Below are positions 28,751-38,903 of a stretch of DNA of 64,000 bases, piece after piece; positions within the stretch are counted from its first letter, which is position 1, and each line of letters starts with the position of its first letter. This stretch comes from Nitrospirota bacterium (GTDB lineage Bacteria > Nitrospirota > UBA9217). The notes under the pieces are model-generated. The model saw nothing but the letters and a program-made list of their open reading frames with translations, had not been told where the DNA came from and did not search any database. The translations under genes were made by a program, and so were the position numbers. The DNA is taken from the NCBI GenBank assembly GCA_963754875.1, contig CAVWHO010000007.1, forward strand, positions 32,001 to 96,000. The letters run 5' to 3'.

Positions 28751-28857
28751 CTCAGAGTCACGTCCTTTTTCTTGATATTCCCTGTCTCAGATGCTCGCGA
28801 CGGCTTCCGCCACGCGCATCCCGCCTTCTTTTTTCTCCGGCTCGAACACAACGCATA

Positions 28858-29697
28858 TCATTTCGCGCTCTTTCCCTCTTCCTGTTTTCTGATGGTCCAG
28901 AAATCATCGGAAAGGTTCCGGTCCGAGACATAAGCGTAGGGCATGGTGAAATAGCCCTTCATCCCCCACTTCGGTCCCCAGGAATTGCGCACGATGAACC
29001 TCTTGTCCGGGTCGCTGTAGCCCACTGCCATGACCGCGTGGCCGCCGACTGTCCGCTCGCTCGGCTGCGGCATCGGCACGATCCCGGTCTTCGCCACGGC
29101 TTGCGACTCGAAACTTTCATACACCGTGAATCCGAACACGAAGGGATAGCCTTCGGCCAGGCACGTTCGCATCTCGTCGAGCGTCAGGATCCGGTGATAG
29201 GACGTGATCTGCCGGTCGGTTGCTTCGTGATAGCATGAGGCGGGCGGCTTTTTCGTGAACTTCGAGATGACGTAAGGCCAGCTCTTTTCCGTACACACGC
29301 CCTGCTTTGCCAGGGTCTTGATGCCGTCGCGGATCTGGGCGCCCGAGTCCGATCTGATGGAATGTTCGAGCACACGCTCGTTGTAATAGATGAAGAGGCG
29401 GCTCACGTCCGCGAACTTCACTCCGTTGCCTTTCTTCACGTCCTTCTTTTCCAGGAACTCGACGCAGCCTCCGAGGGCATTGGCGGTGCAGCTCCCGAGA
29501 TCGCCCTGGTCTTCGACCTTCGAGCACGTTTCACGCAGGTCTACGCGCGGAGGAAGCACGGCCGGCACGGCGCGCATTGCGCTGTAAAGATAGTCGCGGC
29601 GATCGGGTAAGTCCGGCACCCAGCCGTAATAATTAGGGACAGCGGGATGCTTTCTGACTGTGATGGCTTTCCTGGTCTTCGTTTTCGACATGGACAT
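28858..29697 (-). CDS. Papain-like C1 cysteine peptidase (xylellain-like)
   Basis: YGWVPDLPD, DQGDLGSCTA (catalytic Cys), GGHAV, RNSWG motifs. No signal peptide. Confidence 0.93.
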   Translation of the reverse strand: MSMSKTKTRKAITVRKHPAVPNYYGWVPDLPDRRDYLYSAMRAVPAVLPPRVDLRETCSKVEDQGDLGSCTANALGGCVEFLEKKDVKKGNGVKFADVSRLFIYYNERVLEHSIRSDSGAQIRDGIKTLAKQGVCTEKSWPYVISKFTKKPPASCYHEATDRQITSYHRILTLDEMRTCLAEGYPFVFGFTVYESFESQAVAKTGIVPMPQPSERTVGGHAVMAVGYSDPDKRFIVRNSWGPKWGMKGYFTMPYAYVSDRNLSDDFWTIRKQEEGKSAK

Positions 29698-29843
29698 TCT
29701 CCTTTATCTGAATTTGATCGCGCAGTATGCGAGGCAAGCCACAAGCGGGACGTTGTCGCGACCATTGCGCCGCCTGCCGTTCACCGTCGGTCCTTGCACA
29801 AAACTTTCGCTTTGCCGTATTTTCTTCTATCTTCGCTGACGCC

Positions 29844-30308
29844 TCACCACGAAATCCCCTTTGCCTTCAGGTCCCCCTGCGCTTTTTCGTTTCCCTTCCG
29901 GGCCGCTGTTTTCAGGTCCTCGACATACCTCTCCGTATTCTTTGCAAGGCAATAGGCAAAGGAACGCAAGTAATACATGTCCCCATCGTCCGGAGACAGC
30001 TCGATCGCTTTGTCCAGGTCCGGAATTGCCTGTTTGCTCTGCCCCTGGAAAATTCGGCACTTGGCGCGCAGGATATAAGCCTTGGAACGCAGTGACCGAT
30101 CGGGTTCCTTTCCGATGTAGCAATCGAGGTCCTGAATTGCCTGGCTGAATGCATCTCCCGCGTGCGTGTTTCCTGCTTCCAGGTACAACATCCCTTTTTC
30201 GAACCATACCTGGGCGCTCTGCAGGTCAGGTTCCTTGCCGAAGGCATTCGAAAAAATTAAGATAGCCAGCAGCGCAGACAATCCTGCACGACGGACCCGG
30301 ATTGGCAT
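29844..30308 (-). CDS. Secreted TPR protein
   Basis: Signal peptide, TPR motifs (AIPDLDKAIELSP, YYLRS.AY). Confidence 0.75.
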   Translation of the reverse strand: MPIRVRRAGLSALLAILIFSNAFGKEPDLQSAQVWFEKGMLYLEAGNTHAGDAFSQAIQDLDCYIGKEPDRSLRSKAYILRAKCRIFQGQSKQAIPDLDKAIELSPDDGDMYYLRSFAYCLAKNTERYVEDLKTAARKGNEKAQGDLKAKGISW

Positions 30309-30383
30309 ATTATTCCTCCTTGATTAGGTTCAACAGGCTTCTGTTGCGGCCGCATACCGTATGGTTCAGCACACGCGTTTTTC

Positions 30384-31682
30384 TCAGAGCCCAAGCACCT
30401 TCCCCATAAAGAGTATCAGGCCGGTCTGCCTTTCCCGGATGAAAAAGATAAAGGGATGATCTACGGTCAATACCACAGACGGCGAAGGAACCGAGGTCGT
30501 GCTTATTCCAATGGCTGTAGCGGCTGCGGCCTCTGTCCCGTGCTCGTCCACGGCGATGAAGGCCTGGTGAAAAACATTGCTGATATGAAGATCGCGGTTG
30601 CCGTCGATGCCGGAAAAGTCCGCAACAGGAGGATCGAATGCGTCGGCCATGCCGAGGGAGCGCAGGAGATCGCCCATGCTTGCCTCCTTGGTAAAGGTGA
30701 ATTTCGGGAGAGCAAGGTCTATTTCCTGAGCAGCCAGGTTACTGGTAATGTCGCCGAGCATTGTCGGCGTAAGCGAGGACAAAAAGGCGTCGAACGTGCC
30801 CGGGTCAGGCATGATCACGAGCATCGAAAGCTTGTCCCCGACATAGGGGATATCAACAGCCTGACTGCCGTCCACCCGGGCGTAGGACGCCGTCAAAATC
30901 TGGTGCATGAAAGGGACTGATGAAGACGTGTTGTCCTGATTGAAAAAGGACCGGTTCGCGGTGCTTGTTTCCGGGAACGGGGACGCCCAGTTTGCCTTGA
31001 ACCATACGGCGTTCGTCAGAACCACGCGGGTGTCGGATGTCACGCCGCCCTGGGGGATCAGGTTCTGGATCCTGTTGTTCGTTGTGTTTTCCACCCATGC
31101 GTTGATCGTATTCCGCGCGTTCTCGGTGTCATTGACGAAATCGACGATGTGCATGCCTGCGTCGTAATTGACTGCGAGGGTGTCCAGATAGGTTGGGAGG
31201 AGGGAGAGCCCCACCTGCCCCCAGATGGCGTTAGCGTTCTTGAGGATAGGGTACTGCTCGCCCGATGCCGTAACAGCGCCGGTTGCCTCGCTCGTGAGCA
31301 AAAGGTCGAGCTTGTTCAAAGCAGGGTTCAGGCGGTCCTGGGGAAGAAAGGACAATGCCTGTTCGATCCCGCTCAAGGTCGTGCCGCGGGCGCCCGGCGC
31401 TGCAAGGGCAAAGGCCTGGGTTATGCTATAGGGAGAAAAAACGATGTTGCTGCTTCCGCTCGGGTCGATGAGGGGGAAAACCTTGAGCGCGAAATCCGTT
31501 GTACCTGCCACAACCGCAGCAAGGTCCGCGTCACTCACCTGCGGGTTTGTGTCGCGGCTAAGGGCTGACTTCACTATCTGGTCCTGCGGCGGAGCGTCAT
31601 TTTTTGATTTGCTGCATGCGATGGCGAGACAAAGAATGAAGATGGTAAGTATTCGAGTAGTGGTGAAAGTTTTTTTGGGCAT
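30384..31682 (-). CDS. Serpin-family lipoprotein
   Basis: Lipobox AIAC, NIVFSPYSI, NAVWFKANW, hinge EHGTEAAAATA, DHPFIFFI and LFMGKV motifs. Confidence 0.95.
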   Translation of the reverse strand: MPKKTFTTTRILTIFILCLAIACSKSKNDAPPQDQIVKSALSRDTNPQVSDADLAAVVAGTTDFALKVFPLIDPSGSSNIVFSPYSITQAFALAAPGARGTTLSGIEQALSFLPQDRLNPALNKLDLLLTSEATGAVTASGEQYPILKNANAIWGQVGLSLLPTYLDTLAVNYDAGMHIVDFVNDTENARNTINAWVENTTNNRIQNLIPQGGVTSDTRVVLTNAVWFKANWASPFPETSTANRSFFNQDNTSSSVPFMHQILTASYARVDGSQAVDIPYVGDKLSMLVIMPDPGTFDAFLSSLTPTMLGDITSNLAAQEIDLALPKFTFTKEASMGDLLRSLGMADAFDPPVADFSGIDGNRDLHISNVFHQAFIAVDEHGTEAAAATAIGISTTSVPSPSVVLTVDHPFIFFIRERQTGLILFMGKVLGL

Positions 31683-31964
31683 GAACGTTCTCCTCTTACC
31701 GATTATGGGAAGTTGAAGTCTATCGGGTCAGCTCGTTACTCTTCTATAATAGAGGACAAGCGCTACCCATGCTTACGATAAAGACCCGGCACGAAAAGCT
31801 CCCTTTAAGACAGTATGAACTTACGTATTTGGCTTGTCAAGGATTTGAAGTGCGAAGAGTGAAAAGTGAAGTTTGAAGCAATAGTGGCTTTCTCAAGAGA
31901 AGGAAGCTGCTTGTCTATCTCATCTTGCCGTAGAAAGGTATGGGGAGATCAAGAAGGAAGGTTT

Positions 31965-32858
31965 TTACCTGAGTTCAGTTTGAGGCGGCATGTCTGTTTT
32001 TTTATATTTTGCTTTCAGATACCGCGCTAATGCGTCCTTCCAGTGCGGCAGAATGATCCCGAGTGATCGGGCCTTTGTGTTTGCCAGCGCAGAGTAAATA
32101 GGCCGACCTATGTCGGTGCCCTTTTGGCCGCGGTCGATAGGCTTCATCTTCACCGTGTACCCCGTCATTTCATAAATAGCTTTTGTAAACTCGTACCACG
32201 AGCACTTTCCTTCATTCACCAGGTGATAGATCCCCGGCTTTCGCTGGGGATGCTCAATGAGCTGTAAGACCGCTATGCTGAGATCTTGTGTATAGGTGGG
32301 GGAGACGATCTGGTCGGCGCCCATCTGGAGATCTGCCTGCCTCTGCGCATCCTGTATGCGCTGATCGACGAAGTTGGCGCCTTCTGACTCGGCGCCGAAC
32401 AAGCCGTAGAGCCCGCACGTCCTGACGACGAGGGCAAGCTCCGGTGCAGCGGCTAAGGCAATATATTCCCCGGCGAGACGGGAAATTCCATACATCTGCA
32501 AGGGCGCGGGTTTATCGTCTTCGAGGTAGGAAGCATTTTTTTCGCCGTCGAACACGTAATCAGTGCTCACCGTAACCAAACCGGCGCCGACACGATTGCA
32601 CGCCATGGCCAGGGCCCGTACGGCAACACAGTTCACGATAAACGCGCTGAGAGGGTCGGCCTCGCAGAGCGGGACATTATGAAAGTCGGTCGTATTAATG
32701 ACGACGTCCGGCTTGAAATCGTTCATGATCACGTCGAGCGTTTCCCGCAATCTCACGTCGAGCACCGAAAGTTCGGGGGCATAGATTTCATGATATATGT
32801 TGTTTTTCAGGATATCTGCGCCAAGCTGGCTGGTTTTATCGATAAGGAGAATTTTCAT
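31965..32858 (-). CDS. RmlD-like (dTDP-4-dehydrorhamnose reductase family) protein with degenerate motifs
   Basis: STDYVFDG, DQIVSPT, GIYHLVNEG.CSWYEF motifs. GxxGxxG is replaced by DKTSQLG and YxxxK by YGISR. Confidence 0.8.
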   Translation of the reverse strand: MKILLIDKTSQLGADILKNNIYHEIYAPELSVLDVRLRETLDVIMNDFKPDVVINTTDFHNVPLCEADPLSAFIVNCVAVRALAMACNRVGAGLVTVSTDYVFDGEKNASYLEDDKPAPLQMYGISRLAGEYIALAAAPELALVVRTCGLYGLFGAESEGANFVDQRIQDAQRQADLQMGADQIVSPTYTQDLSIAVLQLIEHPQRKPGIYHLVNEGKCSWYEFTKAIYEMTGYTVKMKPIDRGQKGTDIGRPIYSALANTKARSLGIILPHWKDALARYLKAKYKKTDMPPQTELR

Positions 32859-32907
32859 GTGCAAAAAATTATCTTCAACCTGACGCTGTCGAGGATTCTG
32901 CAGGGCC

Positions 32908-34074
32908 TCACGAAGAAGCGTTCATCGATTTTCTGCGGTTGGCCCCGGTTCTTCTGTCCTTACCGCCTCTTCGTTGAGATCCCTGATAGTTCGGTTCACT
33001 GAACCTCCTGCGTGCCTTTGAAGATCGGCGATCAGTCCGGGACCTGCGGTCTTTCTTGAGGACTTCAAAGAGGTAACCGAGCATTTCTTTTCTTTTTTTC
33101 GTGATGAACTTTTCATAAGCCATATCAACGTAAATGTCCGGCTCCGGCTGTTCGAAAGTATGGGCAGACAGCGAGATAAAAGCATGCTCGATCGCGGAAA
33201 AGACCCGCTGCTGTTCTTCGATGCTCCTGTACTTATTACTCCCGATCTCCGCCAGCGGGGCTTCGATCATCCGCATCGTCTTCCGCAGTTGCTCTTGGAG
33301 CGCTCCGTAGACGCTTTTGAGCAGGTTGATATCTTCCCGTACGACGGACGACATTTTTCCCGCGATCAGATTGACCTCTCGTATCGCGCGCTCAAGGTTC
33401 TGCGCGGCGATCTTGCCGGCAAGCAGTGCTTTTTGGGGCCGTCCTTTAATGTCATCGATGATCTGGTTTTCCGTCTTGCCGATGACATTCGGGTCGGAAA
33501 TCATGGCGATCGATGATTCGCAGCGCTTTTCAATTGTGGCCAGGGTGCCCTGGATATACAGTGCCGTGCGGTACAGTTCTGCTGAAACTGCAAGCGCGGG
33601 CGGCTTGAGTGCTTCGAGAATTTTTTTTCGCTCGTTGATCATCTCCTGGAGTCTCACCATCCTGAGCACTTCATTAAGATTGTCCTTGCTGAGCCTGCTC
33701 AGTGTCTCCTCGGCTGACCGGATGAATGAGACCAGAGTGTTGCAATCGATCGATTTGAGTTTGAGCGTATGGAGGTGATAGTTAAATAGTTCTAATGCAG
33801 ACAGGAGATTGTGATCTGCGAACCGGGAATAACGGAGAACGGCACTGGCCATTTGTTTGTGGAGGTCCTCTCGCTTCGCATCCTGCAGCTGCGTTCGTCC
33901 GAAAGCAAAAGCGCTTTCGAGCAGGCGGCGATAGGAGACGAGGCCATCGCCGTGCAGACCTTTGCCGCCGTCCCTGCCCGTGCTTTCGAGAAAAGCACGC
34001 ATCTGGTCCGGCTTGGGCTTGAGGTTGCCGTCAGGCGTGAAGGGAATGCTGAATAGGTACTTGTCGTTCGTCAT
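32908..34074 (-). CDS. Hypothetical helical protein with C-terminal D/Q/N-RR repeats
   Basis: 388-aa ORF with tail DRRSRTDRRSSKARR...QRRGGKDRRTGANRRK. Confidence 0.65.
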   Translation of the reverse strand: MTNDKYLFSIPFTPDGNLKPKPDQMRAFLESTGRDGGKGLHGDGLVSYRRLLESAFAFGRTQLQDAKREDLHKQMASAVLRYSRFADHNLLSALELFNYHLHTLKLKSIDCNTLVSFIRSAEETLSRLSKDNLNEVLRMVRLQEMINERKKILEALKPPALAVSAELYRTALYIQGTLATIEKRCESSIAMISDPNVIGKTENQIIDDIKGRPQKALLAGKIAAQNLERAIREVNLIAGKMSSVVREDINLLKSVYGALQEQLRKTMRMIEAPLAEIGSNKYRSIEEQQRVFSAIEHAFISLSAHTFEQPEPDIYVDMAYEKFITKKRKEMLGYLFEVLKKDRRSRTDRRSSKARRRFSEPNYQGSQRRGGKDRRTGANRRKSMNASS

Positions 34075-34583
34075 GGCAATAAATTAGGGGACCAGGTCAA
34101 TCGTACGCGGCTGCAACTTGATGTTGTAATGCAAAAAACCGCATGAGCAGGCAAGTCGTGAACGCCTCCTTATTTCTTGAGAGAAGGTGAACCCTGCGAC
34201 TTGCAATCCTCCGGCTCCGGCCGGGTCCGCGCCCTCACCATGAAACGCCGTTCATGGCTCCTGTTTGTTGACACTATATTAGCACAGTTCGCGCACGAAG
34301 AAAACTGGGAAATTGGAGGAGCAAGGAGCATGCTAACACTTCTTTGCGCTGTATAGCTCTCATCTTAAATAGAGTAAGGAGCGTCCGTTTCCCCTGCCCT
34401 GAGTTCTCTTGGATTCACCTCCCGGCAGGATGACCGGTCCGTCGCCCTCTGGTCCGCCTCCCGCTCCGGGAACCGCTTTGCTCCGATCAGGCGCGTATTA
34501 TTCGTTATGGACCCTATTGAAAAATAATATTCATCGCAGTATCATGGGACCAGTATGATTCATTAGACCATAAGGAGAGACCT

Positions 34584-34835
34584 ATGAATGAGGCCCTGCG
34601 GGAAGAGGAGAAGAAACTCCGGATGCTGAAGTTCGTCGTGGACCTCAACCTGGCGGTCCTGATGCAGCAGAGCGACCTTACCTTGCGCGAAGCGTTCGAT
34701 ATATTGAAAAACACGAAGCAGGCCGCGTTGAACCTGTTCCCGGACAAGGAGCAGGTATTCGAGCTCATCTATTCTCCGAGATTTCGGCGCATTATCAGGG
34801 AACGATTCGTGATTCGAGGGGGTCTTGCTGGATAG
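34584..34835 (+). CDS. Small hypothetical protein
   Basis: AAGGAG RBS, 83 aa, protein-like composition. Confidence 0.65.
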   Translation: MNEALREEEKKLRMLKFVVDLNLAVLMQQSDLTLREAFDILKNTKQAALNLFPDKEQVFELIYSPRFRRIIRERFVIRGGLAG

Positions 34836-34848
34836 CCGCTATAAGATG

Positions 34849-35565
34849 TTACTGAATGATCCTCATCTTTTTTTCGACCACGCTGGTCACTTCCGTTTTA
34901 TAAGGATCGCTGCTGCCCCCTGAGTAAAAAAATTCCGATTTCACGAGTTCTTCCGCGTGCTCTGCGGGCGGATAGACCTTCAGGTACTTGATCCTGCCTT
35001 TTTCGTCATACTCATACACCGTATAGCCGATCACCGTTTCCCGCGAGTTCACGACGACGTGTTTCAGCTCCGTTGCCGTAACCGGGATGCTCGACACGAC
35101 CCCGACGACAAAACCGGTCACGCTGCCGATCACGAGGGGGGCAGTCAGGATCGCCAGGCCGACGAGCGCCTCATCCCGCGACGAAGCGGGATAGTTGCCA
35201 TAGAAGCGGAAGTTACCCGTCAGTTCCAAACCAGTTTCAAATCCTCTGCCCGTCCACTCATAAATGACCGCAAAAGGTTTGCTCAAATCTGCCTTCTGCT
35301 GTTCAACGATCGCAATGTCGTAGGAGCGGACCGGCTTGTTATTGACCGCGTGCACGATCGAAAACCGGTCCCCGTTCCTGCCCGGGCGTTTGCTTATGAC
35401 GTGCGAAAACAGCGGGCGGCCGTGAGCATCGTATTCTATTTTATCCACCAGAAAGGTCGTCTGCTTCGGTACGAAAGGATATTCCGTGTCGGGCTTGACC
35501 CGCTCGGTCATGCATCCAAGCGGGATCAGCAGGAGTGAACAAATGACCGCCATCAGCGACTTCAT
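34849..35565 (-). CDS. Hypothetical lipoprotein/membrane protein
   Basis: MKSLMAVICSLLLIPLGC lipobox and an internal hydrophobic segment. Confidence 0.65.
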   Translation of the reverse strand: MKSLMAVICSLLLIPLGCMTERVKPDTEYPFVPKQTTFLVDKIEYDAHGRPLFSHVISKRPGRNGDRFSIVHAVNNKPVRSYDIAIVEQQKADLSKPFAVIYEWTGRGFETGLELTGNFRFYGNYPASSRDEALVGLAILTAPLVIGSVTGFVVGVVSSIPVTATELKHVVVNSRETVIGYTVYEYDEKGRIKYLKVYPPAEHAEELVKSEFFYSGGSSDPYKTEVTSVVEKKMRIIQ

Positions 35566-35593
35566 AACACTATGGCTCCTCGGCGGGAACGGA

Positions 35594-36736
35594 TCATACG
35601 GCGGCCTTCCGCACGAGTTCAATGACCGTAACTTCCGGCGGGGCAAGAAAACGGATGGGCGGGCCCCACGTACCCGTGCCCCGGCTGACATGCAGGAGGG
35701 ACGCGTTGCCGAGATCATAGTTGCCTGCATTCAGCGGGAAAAAGATCATGGTAAACAGCCTGAAAGGGAAGATCTGGCCTTTGTGCGTGTGGCCGGAGAG
35801 CTGCAGATCGAAGAGCCCGATAGTCGAGCGGTCTATTATTGGCTGGTGCTTCAGAAAGAGCCTAAACCGGTCCCGCGGCAGCGCTTCCAGAAGTTTTTTC
35901 TCCGATATCGGCTTCTCCAGTTTCATCAGGACGGCGGTCCGGTCATCGACCCCGGCGATGGTGATCGGCCCGACCGGAAGTGCTTCGTTTTGAAGAATGG
36001 TGAACCCCGCTTCTCTGGTGAAAGCGAGCGCCGTGTCGATCCCGGCAAAGTACTCGTGATTTCCCGTGATCGCGTAGTTTCCGTATTTTGTTTTTACCCC
36101 GCGAAGAAGTTCGGCAAGACCTTCGAGGTGGTTGATCTGCGCATCGACCAGATCGCCGGTGGACAAAAAGATATCGGGCTTGGCTGCCTTGACGATCTCG
36201 ATCATTTTTTCGAGACGATCGCACCGGATGATCAGGCCGAGATGGACGTCGGAAATCTGGACGATCGTGAGCCGGTCTATCCCCGCGGGCAGCTTCGCTG
36301 TCTCGATCGTCACCCGTTCTGCCCCGATCGTGCGGGCTTCAAAATATCCGTACAAGCAAATGCAGAGAGAAAGGGCGACGCTCGCGAGGAACGACGTTCG
36401 TGCCGAGAACAGGTACGCGGAAACATCGGAACGGGTCATCCATCCCGATGCACGGGTGATGAGGCCCGCGATGTCGAAGACAAGGGAGCCGCAGAAAAAG
36501 AGGAACAAGCCGGCCATCCAGAAATAGGAGATATATGCGAGCACTCTGGCCGGGAGGTCATAGTCAAGCTGCTCGAGCGTGCGGATCAGGAAGACCGCAA
36601 CGACCATAAACGCCATGAAGGCGGCAAGCGCGATCCCTGCTGCCGGCCCGAAGGCCAGCGCGCTTCGGGCGCGCAGGAAGGTATAGACGTGCGCGCCGCC
36701 GTAGACGACAAAGACAAAAAGAATGAAAAGTCTCAT
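35594..36736 (-). CDS. Membrane metallophosphoesterase (YkuE-like)
   Basis: N-terminal TM segments, SDVHLG, GDLVD, GNHE, SGHTHKGQ motifs. Confidence 0.92.
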   Translation of the reverse strand: MRLFILFVFVVYGGAHVYTFLRARSALAFGPAAGIALAAFMAFMVVAVFLIRTLEQLDYDLPARVLAYISYFWMAGLFLFFCGSLVFDIAGLITRASGWMTRSDVSAYLFSARTSFLASVALSLCICLYGYFEARTIGAERVTIETAKLPAGIDRLTIVQISDVHLGLIIRCDRLEKMIEIVKAAKPDIFLSTGDLVDAQINHLEGLAELLRGVKTKYGNYAITGNHEYFAGIDTALAFTREAGFTILQNEALPVGPITIAGVDDRTAVLMKLEKPISEKKLLEALPRDRFRLFLKHQPIIDRSTIGLFDLQLSGHTHKGQIFPFRLFTMIFFPLNAGNYDLGNASLLHVSRGTGTWGPPIRFLAPPEVTVIELVRKAAV

Positions 36737-37812
36737 CTGCCGAAACTCACCCCCATACCCTCGGCGATCTTGACCAGTTCGCTGTCCGGTTCGACGAGCT
36801 TGAGACAGCTGATCGCCCTTTCGAGCGGCACCGACGTGATGAGCGGCGGCTGGTAGGAGACCATCTCGCCGAACTTCTTCTGCGCAATGAGCTCCACTGC
36901 GGCCGCGCCGTACCGCGTTGCGAGGAGCCGGTCAAAGGGACAGGGGCTGCCCCCGCGCTGCACATGGCCGAGCACGGTCACGCGCGTCTCGAAGCTCGTG
37001 CGCTTGCTGATCTCGTTCGCGACGATCTCTCCCATGCCGCCGAGTCTGAGCACGTATCCGTCGGATGCCTTCTCGCGAACGGCCATCTCTCCTCCCGCCG
37101 GCTTGGCTCCCTCGGCAACGACCACGATGCTCGACTTGCTCCCCGCCTTTTTTCGTTCGAGCAGTTTTTCCGTCACTTTATCGATGCTGAAGGGGATCTC
37201 CGGGATCAGGATGACGTCTGCGCTGCCTGCCATGCCGGCTTCGAGCGCGATCCATCCTGCGTATCGGCCCATCACCTCGAGCACGATCACGCGCTGGTGG
37301 CTCTCTGCCGTGGTGTGCAGCTTGTCGAGCGCTTCGGTCGCCGTGTCCACTGCAGTCTGAAAGCCGAAGGTCACATGGGTGGCCATGAGGTCGTTGTCGA
37401 TGGTTTTAGGTACGCCGATCACGGGGACGCCGAGCTTCTGGAGCCCCTGACCGATCTTGAGGGAGCCGTCGCCGCCGATCACGACGAGGACATCGAGGCC
37501 CAGGTCCCTGATATTGTTGACGACCTCCGAGGACATGTCCTCCACGATCTCCCTGCCGTTCACAACGGTCTTGTGCGCGAACGGGTTTCCGCGGTTCGTG
37601 GTCCCGAGGATCGTGCCGCCGACGAACAGGATCCCGCGGGTGTTCCAGGAAGTGAGCTGGCGGGTTTTTGTCGGCGTAAGCAGGCCCTCGAATCCGTCGA
37701 TGATCCCGGTCACTTCCCAGCCGTATTTGAAAATTGCAGTCTTCGCGACCGCCCGGATGACCGCATTGAGCCCCGGTGCATCACCCCCGCCCGATAGAAC
37801 GCCGATTCGCAT
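36733..37812 (-). CDS. pfkA: 6-phosphofructokinase
   Basis: GGGDAPGLN, GGDGS, PKTIDND, EVMGR, LGHVQRGG motifs. Confidence 0.95.
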   Translation of the reverse strand: MRIGVLSGGGDAPGLNAVIRAVAKTAIFKYGWEVTGIIDGFEGLLTPTKTRQLTSWNTRGILFVGGTILGTTNRGNPFAHKTVVNGREIVEDMSSEVVNNIRDLGLDVLVVIGGDGSLKIGQGLQKLGVPVIGVPKTIDNDLMATHVTFGFQTAVDTATEALDKLHTTAESHQRVIVLEVMGRYAGWIALEAGMAGSADVILIPEIPFSIDKVTEKLLERKKAGSKSSIVVVAEGAKPAGGEMAVREKASDGYVLRLGGMGEIVANEISKRTSFETRVTVLGHVQRGGSPCPFDRLLATRYGAAAVELIAQKKFGEMVSYQPPLITSVPLERAISCLKLVEPDSELVKIAEGMGVSFGR

Positions 37813-38030
37813 GATAACCTCCGATGAAAAGATAGGGTCAAGGGTCAAGTGCCAAGGGTTATGGCAAACAGGCTGACCGTATGGTCCTTGCTGTATTGCT
37901 ACTTGTTTCTAGCACACCGTAAACTTAATTGTTGATGGTTCCGCATCGTTATTCCAGCTTAAATCGTGCACGGGTGACGAGCAAAAGAGTTGCACTACCA
38001 TCAAGAACTATTTTGACGTGTACTAGTCCC

Positions 38031-38867
38031 TCAAGTCCCCAGCAATCCCGCCCCGTTGTCACAAGCGATCCCCGTCACTTCCTCGTGCGTTAACCCTGCT
38101 TCGATGAAATACGCCAGCTCCGCATCATACGTCTCCCGGTAGCGGGGATCAGGCAAAACGCAGTCCGTCCCGATGGTCAGGCCGATACCAATGTGATGCG
38201 CGTACCGGATCATTGCGAGATGGGATTCGATGAGACCCTTGATATAGCCCTGCATCTCGTCCCCCGTCTCGGCGACCTCAGCTGCCCGTGCAAGCGCCCC
38301 GACAGTAGGCGTCCAGAATGTACCGTGTCTCGCCAAGACATCAAGCGCCCGCGCAGTCATAAAGAAACCATGCTCGATCGAACGAACGCCTGCTTCCGCC
38401 GATGCGATGATCGCCTGCTCACCGTTCGCGTGGGCCATGACCTCGAGACCTTCGCACCGCGCCGCCTGCACGAGCGCAACCAGCTCCTCTTTGTCAAATC
38501 CTCCCGGCGTGATGGCGCCCCGTGTCTTGAGGCTGACCATCCCCGAAGCGACGACTTTTATGATATCAGCCCCTGCAGACTTGAGAACGTGGATTTCTCT
38601 AAAAAACTCATCCCTGCCTTCCACCGGAGTACCGAAGGAAGAGCCATAGCCGCCTTTTTTATAAAGCGCCCGTCCTGCAGAACGTATCGCGGGCACGCCC
38701 TGCTGCCCACTACGCCTGACGAGACGGAGGCCGGCGGCGCTTTTCGTGCCTGCGTCACGCACGGCACCAACGCCTGCAGCGATGACCGCTTCGATGCCGT
38801 TGCTCTCCCTGATGTGCACATGGGTGTCCACAAAACGAGCGTTGCGGGTCCTGTCTTGATCATGCAT
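38031..38867 (-). CDS. Amidohydrolase-family metal-dependent hydrolase
   Basis: DTHVH, IIKVVASG, MAHANG, SIEHG, IGTD motifs. Confidence 0.88.
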   Translation of the reverse strand: MHDQDRTRNARFVDTHVHIRESNGIEAVIAAGVGAVRDAGTKSAAGLRLVRRSGQQGVPAIRSAGRALYKKGGYGSSFGTPVEGRDEFFREIHVLKSAGADIIKVVASGMVSLKTRGAITPGGFDKEELVALVQAARCEGLEVMAHANGEQAIIASAEAGVRSIEHGFFMTARALDVLARHGTFWTPTVGALARAAEVAETGDEMQGYIKGLIESHLAMIRYAHHIGIGLTIGTDCVLPDPRYRETYDAELAYFIEAGLTHEEVTGIACDNGAGLLGT

Positions 38868-38903
38868 ATCTCATAATAGATGAACCGGCCGTCTTCCCGC
38901 AAC

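Noticed and set aside
29700..29830. GGCAAA..GAAA..GCAA on the minus strand suggesting a c-di-GMP-I riboswitch before the protease
   Set aside because: The required paired stems and spacing are not present.
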